Source of the DNA: Eledone cirrhosa
Taxonomy: Eukaryota
NCBI GenBank assembly: GCA_964016885.1
Contig: OZ024750.1
Location: 33,542,001-33,606,000, forward strand
Reading direction: 5' to 3'
DNA: 64,000 nt
Shown: positions 43,698 through 57,502 of the stretch, in pieces
Layout of the letters: every line of letters begins with the position of its first letter
Position numbering within the stretch: the first letter of the stretch is position 1
Notes under the pieces: model-generated
The model's database searches: none
The model's input: the letters and a program-made list of their open reading frames with translations, nothing else
Told to the model about the DNA's origin: nothing
Made by a program: the position numbers and the translations under genes

Positions 43698-44590
43698 GAT
43701 TATGTCATTTATTTTGTCTAACCTGTTTAGCTTGACTTGTTTTTTGGCTTAGGTGGTTAATGACTTCTTGACCACCTTCTCAGTTTGTATGGCCTTTATA
43801 ACCTATGTTTATTGCTCTGGTCTATTACCTCTTGGAGCGCTTGCCAACATGACTCGGAATTTGCGTTACGTTTCGCTTTTTCTACCCACCAAAATGCAAT
43901 TCTCACTGAATCGCTGAAATTAGCAAGAAGCTAATATTGAATTTACTCTGAAATATTCCATTATGATAAGTCTTCCATGTTCCTTGATTCTCATAAATCG
44001 CAGTTGTTATGGCATTCACATCTCATCAGAAGATAGAAAAGACATTTAATACACTTCACTTGGTACTAAAATATTGATTTTTAATATACATAAGGCTTCA
44101 AATGTGAAATTTGGTTACTGTTGAATATATTGACCTCCTGTACTTATTGTATCAATTGTGGTAAGTTGAATGACAAAATGACCTCAGTATGATTAACTCT
44201 ATTGGAAAAATTCGATTGTAGTTTTTTAATTGAGGTATAGAAAGTTTAGTGATTGATTTTTTTTTTCTTGTCTAATTACAATGTTAGGTAACCTCCATTC
44301 AGAATCAGCAGCATTGTTGATTCATGTATTATGTAGGAGATCTAAAAAAAACGTCGCTTAGGGTTAATTGAGTTATTGTAATTCGTTCTTCAATCTTTAG
44401 AGATAATATTGTTACTGTGAAATAAAACAGACGCCGGTTAACCAAGTTAATCGTAACAAAAAAGGGTTTTCTAAACACTGTACGCAAGTGAAGTCTCTCC
44501 TACACCCAACCAACAATTATTGGTTTTGTTTAAAAAGTGACCATCAAAAACAAGAGATGACAGTAGTAAGGTGTAAGGAAACAAAACTTT

Positions 44591-44890
44591 AGCAGTATCG
44601 GTGAGCATCAGATACCATGCTTTGCAACATAGAGTTACGGTCCTTTATGATCTAAGTTCAAATCCCGCCGAGGTTAGCTTTGCCTTTCATCCTTACGGGG
44701 TTCGATGAAATAAAGTACCAGTAATGCACTGGGGTAATTGCTGGCCTTATGCCAAAAGTAGAAAATTATTCATCTCGGTAGATTGACAGAAATCAGTAGA
44801 GCGTCAGACACCATAATTTGCGGCATATGATTATGGTCCTTTACGTCCCGAGTTCAAATCCTGCCGAAGTTAGTCTTATTTTTCATCTCT
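44591..44890 (+). mobile_element. SINE family 1 plus an adjacent older SINE head
   Basis: Matches the family. Confidence 0.85.
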
Positions 44891-45638
44891 GGAAAGGTTT
44901 TTGTTATAATGCTTCACTAATCAGGCTCTATACATGGAAAAATATGTCGATGAATGAGGATAACAATATACATACACACACACTCACATACATACATACA
45001 TACATACATACATACATACATACATACATACATACATACATACATACATACATACATACATACATACATACATAGACCGACAGTTAACGCGATCAGTCGC
45101 ACATTTTGGCGTGGGAGACTATTCATTAAATTTAAGATGAATACTATCTCTGACAGTAATGCCACAACTACCAGTCATGTTCAATAACTGGATATTCTTC
45201 TAACTATATCCACTGAAGACACCTTTTATTTGAATTCGTAGAGATATCCGACTAAATACATAATTCATTTTCCAACGATTTGTTACAAACAGCATGTCAT
45301 CAACAAAAACAAAATTTATTTAGTTATAGCAACAGAAGAAACCGAAATTATAAATCGCATACAAAAGTATTTATTTCGCGATAAAGTATTGATTTTCTTC
45401 GCACGGAAAAAAAACCCTGGTAATCTACGACGAATTTTTTTTATAAGCACAAAATGTAGACACCATCCCGAGACCGAGGTATTCCTTATTTCACTGTTCT
45501 GTTATATATATATATAATTATATATTCGTGTACAGATATTTTTGCATACACAATAACAAAATATAAACAAACGTAATTATTTCACGAGGCTTGATAAGGA
45601 TAAATATATATCAAATATATAAGAACCCTAGAGCAAAT

Positions 45639-45666
45639 CCCGAGCAATGCCGGGCTATTCTGCTAG
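45639..45666 (+). mobile_element. Helitron-type 3' terminus
   Basis: cccg agcaatgc cggg hairpin followed by CTAG|T; a weaker analogue lies near 32453-32481. Confidence 0.6.
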
Positions 45667-45852
45667 TATATACGCTAACAATTTAGACATGGTCGCATTC
45701 TTTTAAGGGTATGTCAATATCTGTTTATAAAACTAATCTATATTATATTTTATCTGATCAAAGCGCACCATAATTTGCTTTGGTGTCCTTGAAATATGTA
45801 TAATGAAATAAATATGGTTTTATATATATAGTTTCCATTTGTTAATATATTG

Positions 45853-45888
<36 letters not shown>

Positions 45889-45893
45889 AAAAT

Positions 45894-45964
<71 letters not shown>

Positions 45965-46572
45965 TATTAATCAATGAGCTGGCAGTGCTATGCTGATCCT
46001 ATTACTTCCAGATCCTAAAACAATACAATTAACAAAGATTGGTTTCTCTCTTCATAAGTATTGGTATAATACGCTAATAAATTGTTAGCGTATAAAACAA
46101 GCCACGAAGTTAAATACACGTCATAATTTACTGATGGAGAGGGTGGTGGTATGTTGATGGCGGTGGGTGGATGGTGGGCATCAAGTGGCGGTAGGGGGTT
46201 ATGAGACAATCTAACTCACCAATTAGAGAAATAATTTCTAATATATACTCAATGTCACACACTTTCGTATTTATTTCAACAACGCTAATAGCTTGAAATT
46301 TCCTGATTTATGATTATATATATATAGAGAGAGAGAGAGAGAATTCACAAGAATCAAAGCTATGTTCAAAGCATTTATTCATATGAACATAGCTTTGGTT
46401 CTTGTGAATTCTATATAACTGCTCTGTAGAACAACTGATGTTATTACATTGAGCTATTTATCTTACTTGTAATAAGGTAGTAATAAATTACTGACCTTCA
46501 CTGTTCAGGGTTTAAAATATATATAACTATAAAAAGTTTTAGTATATACATAACCATAAATAGTATCCTTCC

Positions 46573-46618
<46 letters not shown>

Positions 46619-47614
46619 CGGATCCTTTACTGGTTAGGAGTCATCTAAACCACGTTTTATTGAACCTGATTTTATATATATATGTATATATGTATCATGT
46701 GTATATATATATATATATTTTATATGTGTATATATGTGTATTTTATATATATGTATGTATATATATGTATATATTTTATATATATATATATATGTATATG
46801 TATGTGTATTTTATATATATATATGTATGTATGTTTTATGTGTGTATATATTTTATGTATGTGTGTATTTTATGTATATATATATATTTTATATTTTTAT
46901 ATGTATATATTTTATATATATGTATGTTCTGTGTATATATATATATATTTTATATATATATATATATATATACTTGTGCGTACATACATGCATACATATA
47001 TATATATGTACACACCTGTATGGATTTGTGTGTGTAGATGTGTGAATGTCTGAGGGGGTAGGTGTGAGTGTATGTACAAGTCAACCAGCATAAACCTTTT
47101 ATTTCTAAATTTTCTAAACTATCTAAGTATTGGACTCTAACCATTATTTTAAGTATTACCACCCCACATTTTGTATGTGTGAATGTGTGTGTGTGTGTCT
47201 GTGGAGGTGGGTGTGAGTGTAGTGCAAGCCAACCTACATAAGTCTTTTTATTTGTAAATTTTCTACTCCAACCATAAATTTCAGTAGCACCACTCCACAT
47301 AAATTCCTCAATTTAAGAATGACCTGTAGTATCTATTTCATACTATTAACCTTATTTGAATATATTATCTGACCAGGAATGCTTTTTGTGAAAATCAGTC
47401 ATATGGAACTATTGTCATCTTGCCTGACGGTTTGAACTTTACAACACCACCTGCCTCTTTGAGGTCAAATACCAACCCTACTACCATCTACAAACTGACC
47501 AATGAGAATAAAGACTATTGCTGCTGACAACATTAAATTATTCCTAACAAGCTCATATGGCTCTGATACCATCAACACTATAAACACAGAGCTGATATAT
47601 CTAAGAACTGATTA

Positions 47615-47670
47615 ACTGCCTGATGAGGTCATAGCCATTCAATGGCTATCATCGAAATATATATAGCAGT
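47615..47670 (+). ncRNA. Type-I hammerhead ribozyme motif, family A
   Basis: actgc CTGATGA ggt c atagccatt c aatggctat c atc GAAA tatata TA gcagt. Confidence 0.85.
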
Positions 47671-47746
47671 AAATAAAGGATTATGAGTTCATGCAATTGA
47701 CTTATGTTTCGTCACTATATATATATATATATATATTTTATAGAAG

Positions 47747-47799
47747 GAGCTTCTACAGGACTAGTACTGTTTCATTCAGATGAAATCTTCAGGAAGCTC
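47747..47799 (-). ncRNA. Type-I hammerhead ribozyme motif, family B
   Basis: Reverse complement: gagcttc CTGAAGA t ttc atct gaa t GAAA cag tactagtc ctg TA gaagctc. Confidence 0.85.
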
Positions 47800-48006
47800 A
47801 GATTTCATCTGAATGAAACAGTACTAGTCCTGTAGAAGCTCCTTCTATAAAATATATATATATATAGTGACGAAATATAAGTCAATTGCATGAATGGAAC
47901 AGTACTAGTCCTGTAGAAGCTCCTTCTATAAAATAAAAAATGTTACTCTGCCATGTATTGAGTACCTTACTTACTGTGGTTATCCCCGACTCAACCCGGG
48001 ACCTAC

Positions 48007-48056
<50 letters not shown>

Positions 48057-48270
48057 ACATACATATATATATATATATATGACAATTAGATTTCGTCTAG
48101 GATCGCTGTTTCCACTCAGCCCCGTCATTTTATTTATTTATGTATCTATATGTATCTATATATATATATATATATATATACACGAAATGTATATATATAT
48201 ATATATACACGAAATGTATATATATATATATATACACGAAATGTATATATATAAACGAAATCGTATAGCA

Positions 48271-48364
48271 AGCATATCTGATGATCTTTCGATTACAGAG
48301 TCAGGTTCGATCTATAATAGGTCTTGCCTCGAGCTGATCGATAGTGAAACATATGTAATATGTT
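48271..48364 (+). ncRNA. Type-I hammerhead motif with extended stem II
   Basis: agcatat CTGATGA t ct t tcgatta...tgatcga t ag t GAAA catatg TA atatgtt. Confidence 0.8.
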
Positions 48365-48423
48365 ATTAAACATGTTATGATGCAACACTGAATCCTTGTT
48401 CCTTTATCCTTATAGTATATTCA

Positions 48424-48510
<87 letters not shown>

Positions 48511-48972
48511 CTCATCATCGAAACAGATGTAAGTCCATTGTATACTGTGTGGAGATGTAGTGACAAGACGCATACCATTTATCTTTCTACTGGGACTACA
48601 CCACTGTTAACTTGATCCACCAGATCTCAGGCCACATTTGTTTACCGAGTGGTATGGAACTCGTTAAATCGGACCAAGGAAACAATGTTTCCATTGATTT
48701 TCCATTGCTAATACTATGTATATCCCAGTCGCAACTCCTGGCAGGAGCGGAGCAACGTGAAATAAAGAGTCTTCCTCAAAGATATAACACATCACGTGGT
48801 CCCGAAATTGAACCCAAAACCACATCCCTGTATGTCTGTTATTCCCAAACATTTCACTATAGCAAAAGCTTTTCATTTTATTTAACTAACTGTTGAGTTT
48901 GTATAAATATAACGAATATAGTGGGCGGGGGGAGGGTTTCTAAAAACAAGGTTATTCTACTTACGCTTCTAA

Positions 48973-49290
48973 CACACTTGGAAAGGCATGAAGGCCACAG
49001 AGTTGAACCAAGTGAAATGTTACACGTATAATGAGGATCAATAAATCTACTGCCAATATGTAGGGAAGAGCTCTTAGAATATATAACCTATCAACTCAAT
49101 ATGACGTATGCTATCAACATATATTCCACATGCACTTCAGCTACACGTGGAAAGGCATGAAGGCCACATGTTTGAACCACGTTAGATGTTATACGTATAA
49201 TGAGGACCAACAAAGCTACTGAGAATATATAAGCTAGAGCACCTAGAATATATAATCTCCTATCAACTCAATATAGTATGCTATCAATAT
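48973..49290. repeat. Tandem duplication, about 170-bp unit, two diverged copies
   Basis: tggaaaggcatgaaggccaca...cgtataatgagga...ctatcaactcaatat occurs twice. Confidence 0.85.
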
Positions 49291-49954
49291 AAATGCCACG
49301 GTTGATAATGTTACATGCATGTAGAATGTTGAAGTTGAATATGAGAATCTTGGTAATCTAGCACTTCACATAAGTACGCCATTGCTATAGCGCCAGGTAC
49401 AAAATCGATGTTATTGAGTTGTCGCAATAAATGGAAGTAGATTCTCTCGTAAAGCCAGCGGCAGAACACGGTGCCAATTTAAAACTTTTATGAGAAAATT
49501 AAATAAAATATCAAAGAAATATGTCGTATCTCTGATCCTTATACAAAGATCCATACACATAGAATAGGAAATCAATTGTCTTTCGTTGAGAAATCGATAA
49601 CCATTAGATCAGTGTATCATACCTTTTCTCCTGTTCTTGTAACATAATAAAAAGATAATATATTTTTATCTGTTGTCGAAGTTACATGGCTTCTATATAT
49701 TCGTTTCTGTCTAAATATTGATGTTGAAAGCTCATTCCATATTATTACTTCTTGTATTCGTCTTTCTCAAATATCTCACTATTTTCTCGACAACATTACA
49801 TTTGATATTGACGTTTTACATTTAACGTTTACCTATTTACGTGTCTGTGTGAGTATATATAAGCGCGTACACACGTATGTGTTGTATCTACCTTATAGAC
49901 AGACGGGCACATAGACAGACAGACAAATAGACAAAGAGAGAGAATATACATATA

Positions 49955-50840
49955 CGAGGTGTGTCAGAAAAGTTCCAGGACTGATGTCACAAAAGATTTA
50001 TTTCAAACCCAAACTTCACACTAAGAGTTTTCTCCTTCAAAGTAATCCCACTGGAGTCTAATGCACTTTTCCATCCTTTTCTGCCACGCTTGCATGCACT
50101 CCTGGAAGGATTCGTCCGGGATCCTCCGCAGTTCCGTCGTCACGGCCTTTTTGATGTCATCCACGTCTTCAAAACGGGTCCCCTCCGGGTAGTACTCGAA
50201 GATCCATGACTCATCACCGGTGATGACTGTCCCTAGCAAGTCTGGTTCGGTTTCAAGACGCTCGAGGATGTCCTGGCACACTTGCATGCGTCGACCCTTT
50301 TGGTCATCGTTCAGCAGTTTTGGCACCATCTTCGCGCAGACTTTCCGCATGTCCAAATCTTCAGTGAGATTCTTCCAGGCGCTGTCTCCATTCATGCCCA
50401 GCTCATTTGCCATCAGTCGAACAGTCAGCCGACGATCGCTACGCACCATCTTCCTGACGCGCTCAACGTTGACCTCAGTCCTGGTTGTTGAGGGCCTTCC
50501 GCTCCTGGGGTCATCTTCCACGTCCTCGCGTCCTTCTTTAAACCTATTGCACCACTCAAAAACACGTGAGTGTGACATCGTCTTGTCTCCATACACTTGC
50601 TGCAGCAATCCCAATGCTTCCAACAGTTTGTTCGTTGCTCTGTGTTCATTGCTTGACGACCTGAAACAGAGGACATGTCTATAAAATTATGAAGAAAAAA
50701 GTTTGATCGCTGCAGAGAGCTAAGATTACAGTTACATACTCCAGGGGGATTACTTTGAAGGAGAAAACTCTTAGTGTGAAGTTTGGGTTTGAAATAAATC
50801 TTTTGTGACATCAGTCCTGGAACTTTTCTGACACACCTCG
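49955..50840 (-). mobile_element. Non-autonomous mariner transposon, 886 bp, TA TSD, 103-bp inverted termini
   Basis: TA|cgaggtgtgtcagaaaagttcc ... ggaacttttctgacacacctcg|TA; arms 49955-50057 and 50738-50840 with one mismatch. Confidence 0.96.
50021..50649 (-). pseudogene. Internally deleted mariner transposase
   Basis: HTH region (VFEW..RFKEGREDVEDDPRSGRP), MVPKLL (WVPHEL-equivalent) and first catalytic D (TGDESW) are fused directly to C-terminal GTRFEDV...DYFEG. The HDNA and YSPDL motifs are absent; the N-terminal MNTEQRTN is in another frame. Confidence 0.93.
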
Positions 50841-51119
50841 TATAGTTCAAGGAAACGACAAAACAGATGTACAAAAGGTCTTGTTAGTTTCACGCTGTAT
50901 ATGAAAGGGGAGAAAAGAAAATTGGACATGTCAGGCTTTAGTCCTTCTTCATGGGTACAAAAGTAGGCAAAGTGATCACTCCCATAAATGACAAGGCATG
51001 TGAGAAACGGATCTGATTACACGTGAAAATCAATTACATTTATGGATAAGTGAGAATCATGGTAATGTAAAATTATCTGCTACACCAGAATTGTAACTGA
51101 GCCGAATGGTTGAGTCATA

Positions 51120-51167
51120 CTACTTGTTAATGTTTCACGTTCTACATTAACGATCGTCAGTGGATAG
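51120..51167 (-). ncRNA. Decayed hammerhead motif (core and stem II intact, stems I and III eroded)
   Basis: Reverse complement: CTGACGA t cgtt aatgtag aacg t GAAA cat TA. Confidence 0.4.
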
Positions 51168-51292
51168 TGCTTCTAATATATAAATTGTGGACTAATATAA
51201 GTCCAGAAAAACTAATTATTTGGTAATTGCTCTAACATTGAAATATATATATATAGTTAATTATATATAGTTAATTATATATATACATATAT

Positions 51293-51690
51293 CGGGAGAG
51301 CGTCGGACAAAAGGATTTGTGGTGTTTGTTCCTGGTCTTTTTGCTCTTCGTTCAAATCCCACCGGGGGCGATAAACTGAGTACCAGTCTCTTACTGGGGG
51401 TCGATGTAATTGGTTTTCCTCCAGTTGGCTTTGTAGTAAACAGTTGCCTCCTTTCATGCTTACGGGGTCGATAAAATAAAGTACCAGTAATGCACTGGGA
51501 TAATTCCTGGCCTTGTGCCAAAAATAGAAACAATTATTTAGTTGGTTCGTTTATGCTGTGAGTTCAAACCCAACTGTGGTCAACTTCGCCATTCATCCTT
51601 CCATGGTCAACAATCTCAATCAGGAGTCGATATAATCGATTTTACTCTTCCCAAAATTATTAGGGCTTTGTGCCTATGAGAGAAGCCAAC
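51293..51690 (+). mobile_element. Cluster of old and young SINE family 1 fragments
   Basis: Young 3' fragment at 51448-51537 lies between degenerate copies. Confidence 0.75.
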
Positions 51691-52955
51691 GTAAATTATA
51701 ATGTCTAATGTCTAGTGTTGGTTTTAGAAGATTATGAATATTTTGACTTATTTCTGAGAAACCAAATATCTAAACTCATTTCAGGATAAAGTTCCAGTCG
51801 TTAACTTCGACATGATGTTGCAGTATATTACTTAGTAGTAAATAGTAAATAATTCATTTTCTAATGAATAATTCATGGACGATTTCTGAATGAATGAATG
51901 AATGAATGAATGAATGAATGAATATAATAAAAAGAAAAGTTTAAAAGATCTTTGAATAAAATAGCGGTTCACTGTCAATTTATGCTGAAATGATCTTAAT
52001 CCTAGCTACTTAATGATTTGAAACATAAAGAAAAATTACCATTGATTATTTGATATACCTAACAAAGCGAAAATAGGTTTCTTAGCCACCAGACATAATG
52101 ACAAAAGAGAAAGAAAAGCACGATTGCTGCATTGCTTTGTCGATAACATGAATAATAGTCTTTGTTTTTAATCTTTAGCACGCTAGAAATGTTTATGAAT
52201 TGCTTCCCTTAACACTTCATTATGTATTAAGGGGATATTACTCTGTCTGCGACTCAATCTGCCGAGACCGTCCAGAAGGTTAATATATTATCTTTTTTTT
52301 TTTTTTATATTATCTATTTTTATTTTTATTTAATTTTTATTTTTATTTTTTTGTATAGAGTTGCTATAGAAAGTCTTCCCTCGAATAAATCAAAACTGTT
52401 CTCTGTATCTTTCTGTATGTTGTGTGGTTACTATAACAGTTATTACAGTCACTGTTGCAACTGCTACTACAGCACAACAGTTAATATAATCCAATAATTT
52501 TATGGATTGAATACTGCTCTAAGGACTGTGTTAATTATTCACCAGACATGTAATCATTAAAAGCTGTGCGAATAAAACAGAATTTTTAATTTCATTTACA
52601 GATGCGTTACACTTGCCAGAATACATTAGTTTCCATAACAATAATCGATCACTAGAAGATATTGTAATATATCTATAGCAACAATCTGTAATGGTTCGAA
52701 CATATCTCCACCTAATATCTCAACATCAACTGGGCGGAGACGTTGTTTGAAATGTAATGTTTTCTCGTGTAATAGTCTGATTAAAATAGAGTACGGGGTA
52801 GGAAAGCTTCTAAAGCATAAGCTACTTCACTTAGAAAGGTTTTGTTTTTATCTGGCAGGGGTTAAATTCACAGGAATGTCAGCTTGAACTATCGACCAGA
52901 TAGAGTAATTTCTCAGTGAAAGTTGTTCAATCTCAAAAACATGATTTTTTTTTGG

Positions 52956-52986
<31 letters not shown>

Positions 52987-53495
52987 CAACTATAAATATG
53001 GTTTAGTTCGAATATAGATCAAAAGTAGAACGATAATATATTGATTTATTTACGTCTTGGACGTGGCAGAAATAGAATGATATAAGCTGGCAAAGATTCA
53101 TAAAATATGTACATGCCGGTCAAACCGAAGGGCAGGCTATGACTTACATGAAGATTTTTTTTCCTTTCTTCAAAGATTTTTTTTGCTCTCCTAAAATATT
53201 CATTTTATTGAACTTAGCTTGAACGTGCAATTTACTTGAGCTTGTTCAATATTTTAGTCTTTTAGTGTGTTGGAATAATAGAATGGTTACATTTCGAGTG
53301 TTAGAATAACAGAATGGTTACGTTTCTAGTGTGTTGGAAGAGTAGAATTGTGTTGCTATATTTAATTACGACATTCTAAGTTCAAATCCTACCAGAGTAT
53401 ATCTTCACTAGAATAAGGGTCAGTCAAGTGCTAAGAACCGATATTTTCGACTATATCCCTCCCCCAAATTTAAGGTCTTGTATCTGTGTTAGAAG

Positions 53496-53580
53496 TGAGG
53501 CTTACAAAGCTTGGCTTGGAAATAAGTCCTCCTTTTGCACTTGCGGTACAAGCAGACTCGACAAATCGCAGCAGAGATAG
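53496..53580 (+). mobile_element. Fragment of the same RTE LINE as 43080-43165
   Basis: gcttacaaa..tggcttggaaataagtcctcctt..gcacttgc..tacaagcag is shared. Confidence 0.8.
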
Positions 53581-54584
53581 CAAATATAGGCTTCTCTGAA
53601 AGGTGGTGATATGTCAGAAACAGTTGTTTTGTCCCTTGCTTGAGAGTTTCTTACCTCCTGAGAGTTTCTTACCACAATGTGTGTAGTGACTGTGACTTGG
53701 TATTCATAGAAATATTCATATGAGACACAGGCACTACTCACATCAATAAAACATACTTTTAATGCTAGACTGTCTCTAAATACTCCACTAAGATCCTCAC
53801 GGTCTTTACACATGCTAGATCTAACACTCACTGATGATGCGTACATATTCTTTTATTCTTTTCCTGGTTTCAGTCAGAGTGTGGCCATACTGGGGCACCG
53901 ACAATATCCACCTCATGTTTTGAAGTCTCATACTTATTATATTGATATATTTTGTCAAACCACTGCGTTACGAGAAACAAACACGAAAGTAAACACAAGC
54001 TTGCAAGCCACATATGATCCCTCAAGGACGCAAGCGTGGATTACTCCATTCAATGGAAAGTTATAACCAAGTCTAAGCCATACGGAAATGGGAATCCATC
54101 TTGTGGGCTGTGCATTGAAGAAAGAATCAATATCCTGGGGAGTGACGTGATAGCGTTTGTCTGAATACAAGATCTGGGTTCTACTCACGTTGTCCGCACG
54201 TTTCAAAACATCTATTACGTAATTTTAAAGCCCCAGTCTGACTACCGGACGTAACCACTAGACAGAATAGCATGAATAATTTATTATATTCTGAGTTTTC
54301 GTAGTCGCCTCCCTGCGTCGATCTTCTGTTGGGAAGAACTTCTTCTGCACATGCGTATTCGTATAATTGTTTACTTTTTTCCGTATAATCTCATTTAAAC
54401 CGAGCTAATGATTCGTCTGAGGTGAAACAAATTCTTCTCGGAAATGGTGAATTAACTGTTATGGAACTACTTATGTGTGTGTGTGCGTGTGCGTGTGTGT
54501 GTGCGTGTGTGTGTGTGTGTATGTACAATGGCTGATAATACCTTACCGACGCCACTCGATTAAGGTAATTATTTAACCCCTAAA

Positions 54585-54832
54585 CCTGGCGAAACCCATC
54601 TCCTCTCCATGTCTGAATACAGCAGATTTCTTCCAGGGAAAGATAGGCAGGGACAGAATGGAAGTGAGAAAGAGATATAGAGGAAGAATCGACCCCAGTA
54701 CTTGACTGGTACTTTTTTTTATTGATCTCAAAAGTTGACCTCGATGGGATTTGAACTCAGAGAGTAGAGAGTCGAAATAAATACCACAAAGCATTCTATC
54801 CGACGTTCTAACAACTCTATCAATTCACCACC
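54585..54832 (-). mobile_element. SINE family 1 variant with alternative 3' extension
   Basis: Homologous to 13390-13640. Confidence 0.75.
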
Positions 54833-55741
54833 TTCTGTGTGTTTTATACATATCAACAAATAACTTATCTATTGTAAAAAACATGTTTCCCTCTGGAAAA
54901 ATATTCTGTGTATATATAATTCTATTTGCTATGAAACCGTACATGAGCTGTTTAGATAAGTACTCTCTTGTATTCTCTAGTTCTATTCATATCTTAACTT
55001 ATTTAAGCGGGAACAGAAGCCTCTGTCAAAGTGCCATCCAGTTTACATTGTACACAGATTAAGAATATATTCCGAGAATACAAAGTTTATTGGTTTCTTG
55101 GTTGAGTTTTATTTCGCAACGAAAGGAAGACATTAATCTTATACAGGGTGTGTTTCTTCTTACACATAATTTAATATATAGTTTAATAATAATTGTTTCT
55201 ACTTTTGGTACAAGGCCAGCGCATACCCAGTGCATTACTGGTACTTTATTTTTATCGACCCCTTATGGATGAAAGGCAATGTTTAGTAAGAATATATTTT
55301 GCGATAAACAGAGCCATCTTTCTTTCTACGGAGTTACTTTATGTCAACAAGAGAGCCGACCTGCTAGAAATAGCAGTCAATCAACCTCAAATTAGACTCT
55401 ATACAGGATTTGTTTCTTCTTACACATAATTTAATACATAGGTTAATAATAATGTTTATTAATAATAAGAAAGCAGCTTCGTTGAATAATATTTTGCGAT
55501 AAACAGAACGGTCTTTCTTTCTACGGAGTTATTTTATGTCAACAAGAGAGTCTCTATGGGATCTCCAGACCTGCTAGCACTCAAACCAACCTCAAATCGC
55601 ACTCTGTTCTGTAACAAAAAGGGAAAGGCACATTGGTTAATGGCGTTCTGGATAAATTATCTGAAAGTAAAATTGGGTTTTCATGGCTAGAATGCTTTGA
55701 TTATAAAGAAATGTTTCCAAGTTCATTTCGTTACTTTAAAA

Positions 55742-56277
55742 ATAATTGTTTCTACTTTGGGCACAAGGCCAGTAATTACCCAGTACATTACTGGTACTTT
55801 ATTTTATCGACCCCGTAAGGATGAAAGGCAAAGTTAACCTCGGCGGGATTTGAACTCAGATCGTAAAGGGACGTAACTATGCTGCAAAGCATGGCGTCCG
55901 ACTCTCTACCGATACTGCCAATTCACCGCTCCGTCGCCATCTGTGAGAGAATAGATCCCAGAACTAGCCCGGTATTTTTTTTATCGATCTTGAATGGATA
56001 AAAAGCAAAGTAACCTCGGCAGGATTTGAACTCAGAGAGCAGAGAGTCCGAACGAATATTGCAAAATATTCTATCTGGCGTTCTAATGATTCTGCCAGTT
56101 CGTCGCCTTTTGTCGGAGAATCGACCCCAGTACTAGACTGGTACATTTTTATCAAACCTAAATGGATGAAAGGCAAAGTTGACCTCGGTAGGATTGAACT
56201 TAGATAGCAAAGAGCCGGCAGGAATACCACAAAGCATTCTATCCGACGTTCTAGCGACTCTGCCAATTCGCCGCCTC
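55742..56277 (-). mobile_element. Three tandem SINE family 1 copies (one young, two old)
   Basis: Copies at about 55742-55929, 55960-56110 and 56115-56277. Confidence 0.85.
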
Positions 56278-56636
56278 GCTATAACGCTACTGTCATTTAA
56301 GACAACAAAAATAATCAATTCAAGGAAGATAGTGATGGTCAGGGCTGGAGAGGAATTTATAATAGGTATAATTTAAAACGTTATTAAATTTCTGTGCCGT
56401 TGGGAAAAGAAAATGTTGTCATTTAATATATAATTATACAAGACTTCTTAGTATGCTAGCGATATGCAATATCCATTATTTATTTGCATAAAATTCACGC
56501 TGATGAAATTTTGCAAATATATTAATTCTTTGGAACAAAACATAAATATATATATACACACACACACACAAATAAATATATATATATCTATATATATATA
56601 TATATAGATAGATATATATATATATATATATATGTT

Positions 56637-56671
<35 letters not shown>

Positions 56672-56822
56672 ACATATATATCGATATATATATGTACATA
56701 TAAATACATACATATATATCGATATATATTTACATACGTACATACACATATATATATACATATACATCGATACATACATACATACATACATACATACATA
56801 CATACATACATACATACATACA

Positions 56823-56858
<36 letters not shown>

Positions 56859-56862
56859 TCAG

Positions 56863-57000
56863 ATAGGATGTGGTAAAATACCAGGAGGATCATAACTCAC
56901 CAGAGTACTCGATACTTGGAGTAGTAGAGTGGGTAATATGAAAAGATTAAGGACACCGACGGACGGGGCTCAGTCGTCGGGGTCCTGAATCTTTTCATAT
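56863..57000. mobile_element. Fold-back element, family H (short arms)
   Basis: Family leader, then atatgaaaagatt.aggac.ccgacgg versus gtcgtcggggtcctgaatcttttcatat. Confidence 0.8.
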
Positions 57001-57026
57001 ATATATATTATGTATGTGTGTGTGTA

Positions 57027-57119
<93 letters not shown>

Positions 57120-57389
57120 GTGTGTGTTCCATTCTACAAACCCATTCTCGTTCAATAGCTGTAAGAATACGCAGGCGATAATTCGGCTCGAAAACACTTT
57201 TTTTACAAATTAGGATTTTAGTCTGATTCCTTTAAATGTTCAAGTTTTGATGAAACTAAACAGCAAAATTTATTCGAATAAATGTTTAGATTTTTCACAC
57301 ACACTGTATAATGTTATGTAAAATCCCAGAGCAGACACAGAAGTTATTCGCTTCAATACAACACACGTAAATGGGTACCTTCGATCTAT

Positions 57390-57502
57390 ACTCGTACTCG
57401 AGTTTCGGCCACACTTAATGCAGCAATAGAGTGCACAGCATAAACTATCTGCATATATTATGCAACAATGCACAATCGGCACATGTGGCTTCATCAGCGG
57501 GT
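57390..57502 (-). ncRNA. Type-I hammerhead motif with about 85-nt stem II domain
   Basis: Reverse complement: acccg CTGATGA a gccacat...gtgtggc c GAAA ctcgag TA cgagt; internal gtgca/tgcac and gcataa/ttatgc pairings. Confidence 0.72.

Noticed and set aside
53502-53846. 114-aa minus-strand ORF
   Set aside because: Partly antisense to an RTE fragment; no recognisable protein family.
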